64,000 nt of DNA, taken from the NCBI GenBank assembly GCA_028279745.1, contig JANQNC010000001.1, forward strand, positions 273,876 through 337,875. The letters run 5' to 3'. The notes under the pieces are model-generated. The model worked only from the letters and a program-made list of their open reading frames with translations. It ran no database searches and was not told where the DNA came from. Each line of letters begins with the position of its first letter. Positions within the stretch are counted from its first letter, which is position 1. Source of the DNA: Candidatus Nanoarchaeia archaeon. GTDB taxonomy: Archaea; Nanobdellota; Nanobdellia; Woesearchaeales; JANQNC01. Both the position numbers and the translations under genes were made by a program. Positions 48,813-57,412 of the stretch are shown here, one piece after another.

Positions 48813-48932
48813 ATGGCAAACCGAGATGGAACAGGACCAAGTGGAGAAGGGCCCCTAACTGGGAGAAGGATGGGCATCTGTGGAAGGAAACAAAGGAGAG
48901 CGATAGACTTAAATAATGAAAAAGCAGAGTGA
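48813..48932 (+). CDS. Small DUF5320-like protein (39 aa)
   Basis: Below the ORF-track size cutoff. Strong GGAGGAAACAAAATG start context. The product is MANRDGTGPSGEGPLTGRRMGICGRKQRR..., recalling the MPRGDGTGPxGxGPxTGRG family that is frequently paired with DUF134. Confidence 0.5.
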   Translation: MANRDGTGPSGEGPLTGRRMGICGRKQRRAIDLNNEKAE

Positions 48933-48937
48933 AAAGT

Positions 48938-49231
48938 ATGCCTAGACCAAGACTAAGACGAAGAGTGAAAGGAAACCCAAAAATAACTTACTTCAAGCCG
49001 GCAGGAGTAAGGATGCAGGAATTAGAAGAGACAACTCTGACAGTTGAAGAGTATGAGGCTGTGCGGCTAAAAGACTTTGAAGGGTTAGGACAAGAAGAGT
49101 CTGCAGCAAAGATGGAAGTCTCACAGCCAACATTCCACAGATTATTGTTAGATGCAAGAAAAAAGATAGCAGATGCAATAGTAAACGGAAAAGCGATAAA
49201 GATAGAAGGCGGCAGTTTTAAGATAAAATGA
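48938..49231 (+). CDS. DUF134 (UPF0251) predicted DNA-binding protein
   Basis: MPRPRLRRRVKGNPKITYFKPAGV...EEYEAVRLKDFEGLGQEESAAKMEVSQPTFHRLLLDARKKIADAIVNGKAIKIEG matches the DUF134 pattern; start set at ATG 48938. Confidence 0.75.
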   Translation: MPRPRLRRRVKGNPKITYFKPAGVRMQELEETTLTVEEYEAVRLKDFEGLGQEESAAKMEVSQPTFHRLLLDARKKIADAIVNGKAIKIEGGSFKIK

Positions 49232-49602
49232 AAACAGTATTAGTGTTTGGATCAGAGGATTTTGAGTTTGACGATGGGGCAGTTAAGCTAGTTCCAGAAC
49301 TGAAGGAAAAGTTAACAGACTATGTTGTGTTTAAGCTTTCAAGACCTGAACAGATAATGGACTTCTTAGGACATGACTTTATCATACTAGATGTGGCTGT
49401 TGGCATAAAAGAGCCTTGTTTGATTACTGATCTAGACCAGATCAAGTATGGGAAAAAAATAACCGCTCATGATATGGATCTGGCAGCTTTCCTGAAAACA
49501 TTAAAAGAGTTAGGACAGCTTGACTCTGTAAATATTGTGGCTCTGCCAAACGATAAAAAACCCGAGCTGGATAAGGTTATGCAGTTGATAAGAAGTGTGT
49601 AA
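49228..49602 (+). CDS. Hydrogenase maturation endopeptidase (HycI/HybD family, peptidase A31)
   Basis: VLVFGSEDFEFDDGAVKLVPELK (GxxxxGDDG-like), FIILDVAVG (DA motif), TAHDMDLAAFLKTLKE (H-x-M/L box); aligns by eye with E. coli HycI; ATGA overlap with the DUF134 gene. Confidence 0.65.
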   Translation: MKTVLVFGSEDFEFDDGAVKLVPELKEKLTDYVVFKLSRPEQIMDFLGHDFIILDVAVGIKEPCLITDLDQIKYGKKITAHDMDLAAFLKTLKELGQLDSVNIVALPNDKKPELDKVMQLIRSV

Positions 49603-49656
49603 GGGAAAGTTTTAAAAATAAAAAGGATACTTTTTGGATCAGAAGGGGTGAATTAT

Positions 49657-50577
49657 ATGAATAAATCAAAAAAGGGGCTATTACTTGTATTAACAACAGC
49701 ACTGATATCTGGAGTATCAATTTTCTTAAACGGGTTTGGAGTAAAAGGATTTGACTCATCCGTATTTACATTCTCAAAAAACTTACTTGTAGGCGTATTT
49801 TTACTTGCAGTAATAATGGGAGTTGGACAGTTTAGTTCATTGAAAGAGTTAAGCAAAAAACAATGGCTACAGCTAGTTGGCATAGGATTCATCGGAGGAA
49901 GCATCCCTTTCCTAATGTTCTTCAAAGGACTGCAGCTAACAACAGGAACAACTTCTGCATTCATACACAAAACCCTATTCATATACGCATCAATATTCGC
50001 GCTTATCTTTTTGAAAGAGAAACTAACTAAATGGGTCTTAATTGGAGCGGGAATGCTTTTAGTTGGAACCTATTTAATGCTAAAGCCAGACTTCAGCTTT
50101 TCAATAGGGCACTTGTTAATTATTGGGGCAACAATATTCTGGGCAGTTGAGAATGTTTTGTCTAAGCACGTACTTAAAGAAGTTAAAGGAAATGTGGTTG
50201 CATTTGGTAGAATGTTCTTCGGAGCAGGCTTTATCTTTGCTTTCTTATTATTTACAGGAAAGGCACCAACCATAATATCAATGTCTCTCGAACAGTACTT
50301 ATGGATACTTGTAACTACTGTGTTCTTGATGGGCTATGTGATGACATACTACAATGGGTTAAAGCATGTAAAAGTAAGCACAGCAACATCAGTTCTTGCT
50401 TTGGGAGCACCAATAACAACACTGCTTGGAGTTTTGTTTAAAGGCAGCGCAGTGAGCGTCTATCAAGTATTAGGCATGGTGCTGGTTGTTGCAGGAGTTA
50501 TGTCAATAACAATACTATCTTACCTTTCATCATCTGTCGTAAAATCAAGAGATGTGGTTAAAGATGAATGGAATTGA
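49657..50577 (+). CDS. EamA/DMT-superfamily transporter (10 TM)
   Basis: Two EamA-like 5-TM halves; start placed at MNKSKKG. Confidence 0.65.
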   Translation: MNKSKKGLLLVLTTALISGVSIFLNGFGVKGFDSSVFTFSKNLLVGVFLLAVIMGVGQFSSLKELSKKQWLQLVGIGFIGGSIPFLMFFKGLQLTTGTTSAFIHKTLFIYASIFALIFLKEKLTKWVLIGAGMLLVGTYLMLKPDFSFSIGHLLIIGATIFWAVENVLSKHVLKEVKGNVVAFGRMFFGAGFIFAFLLFTGKAPTIISMSLEQYLWILVTTVFLMGYVMTYYNGLKHVKVSTATSVLALGAPITTLLGVLFKGSAVSVYQVLGMVLVVAGVMSITILSYLSSSVVKSRDVVKDEWN

Positions 50578-51274
50578 GCTGGCAATCAGATTTTCTTATG
50601 TTGTTAATTCATTAAGGTACTGTGGACCAGAATCAGAAGATGATTTCTTGAAATATCTCAATGGAGAAAGTAATGAGGAAGAAGTAAAAGAGTTATTCAA
50701 AAAATTTGAAGGATTCAGACCATATATGCAGCTAACATCAGAAAAAACAGGCAAAGATATGTTTGATTATGATGTTATAGAAGCATACTGGTTAGGAAAT
50801 TCTCTTCTTGATGAATTCGATGGAGAAGATATGAAGAAAATAGTTGAGATGCTGGTTACTCGAGGATTGCCTAAGTCAATTGGGGACGAGTTGGTTAAGA
50901 ATATGCCTGCAGAAGCATTTCCTCACCACAGTTTTCATGTAATGTATGTGGGGCCTGGAAGAACAACAGGTACAGTTCCAACAAATATGGATACAATGAG
51001 CAAGTGTATTGCGTCAGAAGCAACAGTTGTTGAAGTTAACGAGGGAGAGTTAGTTGTTAAAACTTGTCCACTTGATAAGAAAGATGATAAATTTGTATTT
51101 GGGGAAGAGATCGAGAAAAAAGTCAAGTGGAAGAAAGAGATAACTCCTTCAATCAAAGTTGGAGATAAAGTTGCTTTGCATTGGGATTTTGCAGGGTTAG
51201 TTCTGACTGAGAGGCAGGTCGAGAATTTGAAAAAGTATACCAAACAGACACTGGATACCGTAAACAACCTATAG
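50564..51274 (+). CDS. Hypothetical protein
   Basis: Clean ORF, acidic, no recognised motif apart from scattered His/Cys. Confidence 0.4.
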   Translation: MNGIELAIRFSYVVNSLRYCGPESEDDFLKYLNGESNEEEVKELFKKFEGFRPYMQLTSEKTGKDMFDYDVIEAYWLGNSLLDEFDGEDMKKIVEMLVTRGLPKSIGDELVKNMPAEAFPHHSFHVMYVGPGRTTGTVPTNMDTMSKCIASEATVVEVNEGELVVKTCPLDKKDDKFVFGEEIEKKVKWKKEITPSIKVGDKVALHWDFAGLVLTERQVENLKKYTKQTLDTVNNL

Positions 51275-51419
51275 ACAGCTCGTAATGCCACAATTTATGG
51301 GTTTTAGATGCCAGAATTCAGAGGTTTAAGACTTTCTTTACTACTTATTAGTGACGATATAATGAAAAGATTTAAATACTAGTTATGAATCACCATACAA
51401 GGCATTAAACAGTTATGAG

Positions 51420-52481
51420 GTGAAAAACGTGATTATCCACTTAAACAAAAATTACTCACAAGACAGTTTAGACAGACTACTTACCAACATAAAAGAAACT
51501 GGTTTAAACGCTGAAGTCAGAGAAGGTAAATTCGAGACAGTAATCGACCTTTTCGGGGACACAAAGACAAGCGGTCTTACACCAGAACAGCTAAAGAACG
51601 ATTATTCTATCATAAAAGATGTTATGGTTATCCAGACACCTTACAAAAGGGTCGCAAGAAGAGATAGAAATGACAAGATAGTGAACTTAGGAAACCTAAA
51701 GATACGAAACAAGCACCCGATTATAATTGCAGGACCTTGCTCTGTAGAAGATGAGGACACCATGATCGAGATTGCAAAAAAAGTAAAGAAAGCAGGAGCT
51801 AATATGCTAAGAGGCGGCGCATATAAACCAAGAAGCTCATCCTACTCATTCCAAGGAGCAGGACTAGAAGGACTTAAGATACTAGCAAAGTGCAGGGAAG
51901 AAACAGGCCTTCCAGTAGTAACTGAAGCAACAGGACTTTTTAGGCCAATAAACGGATCAGGAAAAATTGAACACATCCTTGAAAACGTAGTACAATATGC
52001 AGACATGATACAGATCGGAGCAAGAAACATGAAGAATTACGAGTTGCTAAAAATGGCTGCACACCTTACAAAAGAATCAAAGAAACCTATCCTGCTAAAG
52101 AGAGGTGAATATGCAAAAATTAGCGAATTCTTAAACTCAGCAGAATACATAGCTGATAGCGGGAATGATAACATCATACTTTGTTTAAGAGGTACGTTGA
52201 CAAACGACACAAGACCAGACAAAAGATATCAGACAGATGTAGATGACATACCAAGACTTATGAGAGAAACACATTTGCCAATAATATATGACCCAAGCCA
52301 CGCATGTGGATTTGCGGAAGACGTTCCATTGTTAAGCAAACAAGCATTGATGGCAAGACCTGCAGGACTTATAGTCGAGGCTCATGTAGACCCAGTTAAC
52401 GCAAAATCAGACGCAAAACAAACTATAGACATAAACACTCTGAAAAACCTCATAGATTACAAAAACGAAAACTATTCTTAG
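51420..52481 (+). CDS. 3-deoxy-7-phosphoheptulonate (DAHP) synthase, class I-beta, with an N-terminal ferredoxin-like regulatory domain
   Basis: IIAGPCSVEDEDTMIEIAKKVKKAGANMLRGGAYKPRSS...core; N-terminal 90 aa (VIIHLNK...REGKFETVIDLFGD...VMVIQTPYKRVARRD) resembles the Thermotoga-type FL domain; GTG start. Confidence 0.75.
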   Translation: MKNVIIHLNKNYSQDSLDRLLTNIKETGLNAEVREGKFETVIDLFGDTKTSGLTPEQLKNDYSIIKDVMVIQTPYKRVARRDRNDKIVNLGNLKIRNKHPIIIAGPCSVEDEDTMIEIAKKVKKAGANMLRGGAYKPRSSSYSFQGAGLEGLKILAKCREETGLPVVTEATGLFRPINGSGKIEHILENVVQYADMIQIGARNMKNYELLKMAAHLTKESKKPILLKRGEYAKISEFLNSAEYIADSGNDNIILCLRGTLTNDTRPDKRYQTDVDDIPRLMRETHLPIIYDPSHACGFAEDVPLLSKQALMARPAGLIVEAHVDPVNAKSDAKQTIDINTLKNLIDYKNENYS

Positions 52482-52482
52482 T

Positions 52483-52515
52483 TTTTTTATCTTCTTTTTG
52501 ATAACAAGAAAGAAG
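52483..52515. terminator. Candidate bidirectional terminator between convergent genes (T7 run plus CTTCTTT/AAAGAAG hairpin)
   Basis: Seen in the sequence between the DAHP synthase stop (52481) and the minus-strand gene stop (52563). Confidence 0.3.
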
Positions 52516-52562
52516 TATACTCAGAAGACTATGGACATAGTAAACAAAATAAGTTAAGAATT

Positions 52563-53039
52563 CTAATTAAACATCTTGATAACATAACTGAAAGATATTA
52601 TTGTAAGAGTAACTATCGTGATCGCATATTTATAGAACGGCCTGTACCAGTTCTTGCTTTTTACAGCTAGGAAGTATATGAAAAATGCACTAGTAGTTAT
52701 CAGAAAAACACCCATCATCTGGTGAACAATTACAGGCATGCCATTCCCCCCATAAAGATTGAATGCAATAACCCAATCAGGTGAATTCTCTACCAAATTT
52801 GTTAATGGTGCTGTTGTATGAAAGAAACCATCGCCAATTATGGCAGGCAACATAACATAATCCGAAATGTTAACCTTTTTTGAAAGGATGACAAGACCTA
52901 TCCCCACAACTAATGCTATAGGGATAAAAACTTCAGGACCCAAATGTAACTGGATTTTCTCATTAAGTACAAAGAATAACGAAACAAATACTGCTAGGAT
53001 TATAATGTAAGAATTGCCTATCTGTTTTATGTTAACCAT
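52563..53039 (-). CDS. Hypothetical 4-TM membrane protein, last gene of the hydrogenase-associated minus-strand string
   Basis: Hydrophobic helices; co-directional and closely spaced with hypC and the small ORF. Confidence 0.45.
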   Translation of the reverse strand: MVNIKQIGNSYIIILAVFVSLFFVLNEKIQLHLGPEVFIPIALVVGIGLVILSKKVNISDYVMLPAIIGDGFFHTTAPLTNLVENSPDWVIAFNLYGGNGMPVIVHQMMGVFLITTSAFFIYFLAVKSKNWYRPFYKYAITIVTLTIISFSYVIKMFN

Positions 53040-53064
53040 GGTTCAATATCTGATCTGTTAGTAT

Positions 53065-53226
53065 TTAAATTTTTTTATTGAATATTCTACTTTTTATACC
53101 ATTGAAACTTATAATGATTAAGCTTACCAAACCTAAAAGAATGACATAAGGGTTAATGCCAAGTTCGTGGTGTGCTTTTCGGTTCACCATTAAAGTGGTG
53201 CCAGAAAACCTTGTTTTCTGTGTCAT
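53065..53226 (-). CDS. Small membrane ORF (53 aa) translationally coupled to hypC
   Basis: Absent from the ORF track. My translation is MTQKTRFSGTTLMVNRKAHHELGINPYVILLGLVSLIIISFNGIKSRIFNKKI, with one TM helix; its ATG overlaps the hypC stop as ATGA. Confidence 0.3.
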   Translation of the reverse strand: MTQKTRFSGTTLMVNRKAHHELGINPYVILLGLVSLIIISFNGIKSRIFNKKI

Positions 53227-53432
53227 TTGAAGTTCTCCTGGTATGTCTTTAATGCAGTTATCGCTTCCTCTTCGGGGATCTTCATTACAACAACCCCTCC
53301 TTGAATGATGACATAGTCCCCCTCTTTATAGATATCTTCAACTATTGCACCTTCTCGTTTTTCTACTCCGTAATCTACGATAGCTTTGTCGTCTTTTATT
53401 TCAACTATCTTTCCTGGGACCGCTAGACACAT
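53223..53432 (-). CDS. hypC: [NiFe] hydrogenase maturation factor HypC/HybG
   Basis: N-terminal MCLAVPGKIVEI (MC(L/I)(A/G)(I/V)P signature), 69 aa. Confidence 0.85.
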   Translation of the reverse strand: MCLAVPGKIVEIKDDKAIVDYGVEKREGAIVEDIYKEGDYVIIQGGVVVMKIPEEEAITALKTYQENFK

Positions 53433-53434
53433 TT

Positions 53435-54250
53435 TTACACCTTAAACATCATCCTAAAAATCTTATCTAACCACTTATCTGGCATTATCCATTTCAAAAA
53501 CATAAACATCTTTCCATCCATCGGAAGAACATATCTTGTTTTTGGATTATTTGACCTGCTTGCTTTATAGATTGCGTTAGCGATAACTTCTCCCGTAGGA
53601 GATCTTTTTGCCCTCTTGACAAAATCAGTTTTTAATGCATTAGTCAACTTCCTGTAGGGTCTAGTCACTTTAACCTTGCCTAGGTGCTGCCAAGCAACTC
53701 GGTATAGATCTGTCTTAATAAAGCCCGGCTCAATCATCACAACGTTTATACCGAGATCTGAAACTTCTTGTCTTAGTGCATCTAATAATCCTTCTAATGC
53801 AAATTTCGAAGCGTTATACCAAGTAATTATGCCTGCCGCAGCTCTTCCTGCAGTAGAAGTTACATTTATTATGTGTCCTGATTTTTGTTTACGCATATGT
53901 GGCAGGACTTCTTTTATTAATCTAGCATATGCAAAAGTGTTTGTTTCTAGTTGGGCTCTTGCTTGATCCATCGTAACATCTTCTAATGAACCATACTGAG
54001 CATACCCTGCATTGTTTACTAACACATCTATTCTTCCTTGCTCTTTGATTAATTTTTTAACAGCACTTTTCACTTGTTTATCATTTCTTACATCAGTATA
54101 TAAAGTTTTACCCCCTAACTTTTCTAGGTCTTTGTCTGATTTTGCTCTAAAGTCAATGGCATATACTATATGCCCTTCTTTAAGAAACCGTTTAGCAGTA
54201 GCTTTACCTATTCCAGAAAATGCACCGGTTATTAAAACAACTTTTTTCAT
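53435..54250 (-). CDS. SDR-family short-chain dehydrogenase
   Basis: VVLITGAFSGIGKATAKRF (TGxxxGIG), NNAG, YNASKFALEG (YxxxK). Confidence 0.85.
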   Translation of the reverse strand: MKKVVLITGAFSGIGKATAKRFLKEGHIVYAIDFRAKSDKDLEKLGGKTLYTDVRNDKQVKSAVKKLIKEQGRIDVLVNNAGYAQYGSLEDVTMDQARAQLETNTFAYARLIKEVLPHMRKQKSGHIINVTSTAGRAAAGIITWYNASKFALEGLLDALRQEVSDLGINVVMIEPGFIKTDLYRVAWQHLGKVKVTRPYRKLTNALKTDFVKRAKRSPTGEVIANAIYKASRSNNPKTRYVLPMDGKMFMFLKWIMPDKWLDKIFRMMFKV

Positions 54251-54570
54251 TCTTCCACCTCGACACTCTTCAGCACAATGTCTTCGCCTTCTAGTACCTC
54301 AGGCACTTCACCACACTTAGGACAAAAAAATATATTCATATCATGTGAATGAGCCTCTATCTTTGGTTGGCCCTCAAAACCACACTTGCATTTTACTTTT
54401 GCAGGAGTCTCAATAACTTCAACTTCAAAATCTGCATGATCTTTTAACACGTTTTCCATATCTTTTGCAGGCAGATGAGCTAAAGCCCCACACTCAACTG
54501 TAATCTTCTTAACTTTACCTTGTTGTTTAGCTTGCTCGATAATGTTATGAGCCATAGCGTGTTCATGCAT
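54247..54570 (-). CDS. hypA: [NiFe] hydrogenase nickel-incorporation protein HypA
   Basis: MHEHAMAHNIIE (MHE N-terminus), CKCGFEG...CPKCGE zinc site; start set at M-H-E. Confidence 0.8.
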   Translation of the reverse strand: MHEHAMAHNIIEQAKQQGKVKKITVECGALAHLPAKDMENVLKDHADFEVEVIETPAKVKCKCGFEGQPKIEAHSHDMNIFFCPKCGEVPEVLEGEDIVLKSVEVEE

Positions 54571-55861
54571 CTTTCCTTTTACCTTCAAACTCTACTTCCA
54601 AGAAATGTGTTGAACATGAAAAGCAAGGATCATGAGATCTTATGAGTTCCTCTACTTTTATGATCAATTCTTCATTATTGAGATCTAGGATGTTTGGCAA
54701 GTATTCTTTTATTGCATCTTCCATGCACTTAAGGTTTTGAACTGTAGGAGTTACAATGTTAGCTTTAGTTATTGTGCCAGAATCGTCAACCTCATACTCA
54801 TGGATCAAGAAACCTCTTGGTGCTTCAGTAACACCAACACCTCTGCCTGCTTTAACTTCTGCCTTGATAGGTTCCTCATCTTGAACTTTGAAATTTTCTA
54901 ATCTTTTGATTATCTCTTCAATATAATGAACAGTTTCAATACCTTGCGCGAAAGGTATCAAGAAAGGATTATTCGATGGGAACTTAATACCTGACTCTTC
55001 AAGAACTTTCTTTGCATTCTCATTTAATAAGTCAAGATTATTGTTCATCCTTGCCAAAGAACCGACCATATACGACTTTCCATCTTTAGTTATGAAGTTA
55101 CAAGTAGATCTTTCTTCATGATACTCCTTAAAAAATTCATCAAACTGTTCTCTCGTATAAGTTTCACCAGTTGAACAGTATAAATCTCCAGTCAGCATAG
55201 GATACGTGTTTTCTTCTTTTATTGAAAAATACATTGTTTCCCTTTCAAAATCAGGATACTCTAAAGTTCCAAACAGCTTAGCTGCTTCAATTGCATCAGG
55301 TAATGCTTCTTTCAATCTTTGAACTAACTGATCAACTTGTTCTTGAGAAGGCGTCTTGTAAAAACCTCCAACCTGTGCAGAAACAGGATGTAAATCTCTG
55401 CCAGCAATTGTGAAAATTATGTCATTCCCTAACTTCATAAGCTTTAGTGCCCTAAGCACAACGTCTTTATGGGTTTTAGCCAAATCCATACCAGACTCAG
55501 CACCCAGATAATCTGGCAAAGATAAAAAGTGCATGTGAGTAATGTGAGATCTTATCCTTTCTCCGATTGTGAATAGTTCCCTCAATAGTTTAGTTTGTTC
55601 GGTTACTTTAACACCCACTGAATCTTCAATAGCATAGATTGCTGCAATCTGGTGAGCACAAGAACAAATCCCACAGATTCTTGATGAGATCTCTGGAGCT
55701 TCATAATAACGTCTGCCTTTAAGCATACCTTCAAAATATCTGGAACCTTCTATTGATTCTAGCTCGCATTTCTTAATCTCGTTATCTTCACCAATATTAA
55801 GTAAAAGCTTAGCGTGTCCTTCGACCTTTGTTATATTGTTTAATTCAACTACTCTAGCCAT
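54563..55861 (-). CDS. [NiFe] hydrogenase large (alpha) subunit, group 3b sulfhydrogenase-type
   Basis: N-terminal RICGICSCAHQIAA (L1 CxxC) and C-terminal DPCFSCSTH (L2 DPCxxCxxH). Confidence 0.9.
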   Translation of the reverse strand: MARVVELNNITKVEGHAKLLLNIGEDNEIKKCELESIEGSRYFEGMLKGRRYYEAPEISSRICGICSCAHQIAAIYAIEDSVGVKVTEQTKLLRELFTIGERIRSHITHMHFLSLPDYLGAESGMDLAKTHKDVVLRALKLMKLGNDIIFTIAGRDLHPVSAQVGGFYKTPSQEQVDQLVQRLKEALPDAIEAAKLFGTLEYPDFERETMYFSIKEENTYPMLTGDLYCSTGETYTREQFDEFFKEYHEERSTCNFITKDGKSYMVGSLARMNNNLDLLNENAKKVLEESGIKFPSNNPFLIPFAQGIETVHYIEEIIKRLENFKVQDEEPIKAEVKAGRGVGVTEAPRGFLIHEYEVDDSGTITKANIVTPTVQNLKCMEDAIKEYLPNILDLNNEELIIKVEELIRSHDPCFSCSTHFLEVEFEGKRKDA

Positions 55862-56616
55862 TTTTTCTTAGCATCCTCTTTCTCTTTATATTTTAAACCT
55901 TCGAAAGCATCAATCCTTTGTTTGATGAATTTCTCATCATACCCTTTCTCTTTTAAAACTTTGATCATAAGTTCAAAATTAGCATCCTGAGCAGGGCCTC
56001 TGCAACCCCAACAAACTAATCCACCATTAGTGCAGACTGAGTTACAGCCCCCATTAGTTACAGGACCAAGACACGGAAGACCTTTTTCTAGTAAACAAGG
56101 ATTTCCGTTATGCCTGCACTCAATACAAACGGGTTTTGAGTACATCAAAGGTTTTTTGCCTCTTAATAAGTCATCAATAAACCCAAGAATCTCTTTTTTA
56201 TCTGGAGGACAGCCTTGGATGTAATAATCTACTTTAACATATTTGTCAACAGGACTTGGATCAACATCCGTAATCTCTAAAGCTTTATGGTAAATTAATG
56301 GTTGAATGTTTTCAGGAGGTGTGAAGTTTCTTAATGCTGGAACTCCTCCAGTAGTTGCACACGCACCTAAAGCTATGAAAATATCACATTGATCTCTGAT
56401 CTTTTTTACCATCTCTTCATCGTGCTTAGATGTAACAACCCCTTCAAAGAAAACAATGTCTAAATGCCCGTCATACACTTTTTCTTTAATGAACGGAAAA
56501 CTTTTTACATCTATCTTTTCTAAAACTCCCAATAACTCTTCCTCGTTAAATATAACTGAAAGTAGACAACCTTGACATCCTGTCACGCTATAAAATCCTA
56601 CTTTAGGCTTAGTCAT
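55849..56616 (-). CDS. [NiFe] hydrogenase small (delta) subunit, group 3b
   Basis: MTKPKVGFYSVTGCQGCLLS, GACATTGG, GCPP motifs; start set at MTKPK. Confidence 0.85.
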   Translation of the reverse strand: MTKPKVGFYSVTGCQGCLLSVIFNEEELLGVLEKIDVKSFPFIKEKVYDGHLDIVFFEGVVTSKHDEEMVKKIRDQCDIFIALGACATTGGVPALRNFTPPENIQPLIYHKALEITDVDPSPVDKYVKVDYYIQGCPPDKKEILGFIDDLLRGKKPLMYSKPVCIECRHNGNPCLLEKGLPCLGPVTNGGCNSVCTNGGLVCWGCRGPAQDANFELMIKVLKEKGYDEKFIKQRIDAFEGLKYKEKEDAKKKWLE

Positions 56617-57412
56617 TTTTGAAATTCTCCAGCTCATCCCATCTAAAGACAGGACCATCTAAACAAGTATATTTGCCATGAATCATGCAATGACCACACA
56701 TTCCTAAAGCACATTGCATCAATCTTTCAGCACTTAAGAAAATTTGTTCCGATTTGAAACCTTTTTCTTTCAGTAATCCTATTATCTTGTTGATCATGAT
56801 AGGTGGACCGCAAAGGAATGCAACAGTGTTTTCGCTGTTTATATCTAGTTCTTTCATCCTTTCCATCAGATAACCCGTTTTCATCTCAAAACAAGCCAGG
56901 TCATCACCTTCTTCTGCTTTGTCAACAGACATCATCAAATTGTATTTATTTTTCCATTCAGGAGTTTCTCTTCTGAATAAAACATCATGAACACTTCTAT
57001 AACCGAAGAAAAGATCGATGTTTTGGTAGTCTTCTCTGTTCTGGTCAACATAATCAATAATCCCTTTTAGTGGAGCAACACCACAGCCGCCACCTATGAT
57101 CAAAAGGTTGTTGCCTTTTAGCTCTTGCATAGGATAACCTTTACCGTAAGGACCTCTGACCCATATCTCGTCACCTTCTTTTAGCTTTCCAAGACTGTTT
57201 GTTACTGAGCCAATCTCTCTAACGTTTAGTTTCATGTGATCTTTTGAATATGAACAGATAGAGATCGGAGCTTCACCAATACCTGGGAGAGATACTTGAA
57301 TGAACTGACCTGGTTCGTGGTCAGTTTTGAAATCTATCACGATAGAGAAATTATCAGGGCTTTCTCTATAAAATTCTAAAATTTTTACCTTTTGTGGGAT
57401 GTAGTCATTCAT
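56609..57412 (-). CDS. Sulfhydrogenase gamma subunit (FAD/NAD(P)-binding, 2Fe-2S)
   Basis: FNR-like fold and C-terminal CALGMCGHCMIHGKYTCLDGPVF cluster motif. Confidence 0.8.
   Translation of the reverse strand: MNDYIPQKVKILEFYRESPDNFSIVIDFKTDHEPGQFIQVSLPGIGEAPISICSYSKDHMKLNVREIGSVTNSLGKLKEGDEIWVRGPYGKGYPMQELKGNNLLIIGGGCGVAPLKGIIDYVDQNREDYQNIDLFFGYRSVHDVLFRRETPEWKNKYNLMMSVDKAEEGDDLACFEMKTGYLMERMKELDINSENTVAFLCGPPIMINKIIGLLKEKGFKSEQIFLSAERLMQCALGMCGHCMIHGKYTCLDGPVFRWDELENFKND

Noticed and set aside
49228-49602. Alternative call of this ORF as a NifX/NafY-like Nitro_FeMo-Co family protein.
   Set aside because: It lacks the HFG motif. It aligns much better with the HycI DDG, DA and T(H)xM boxes.
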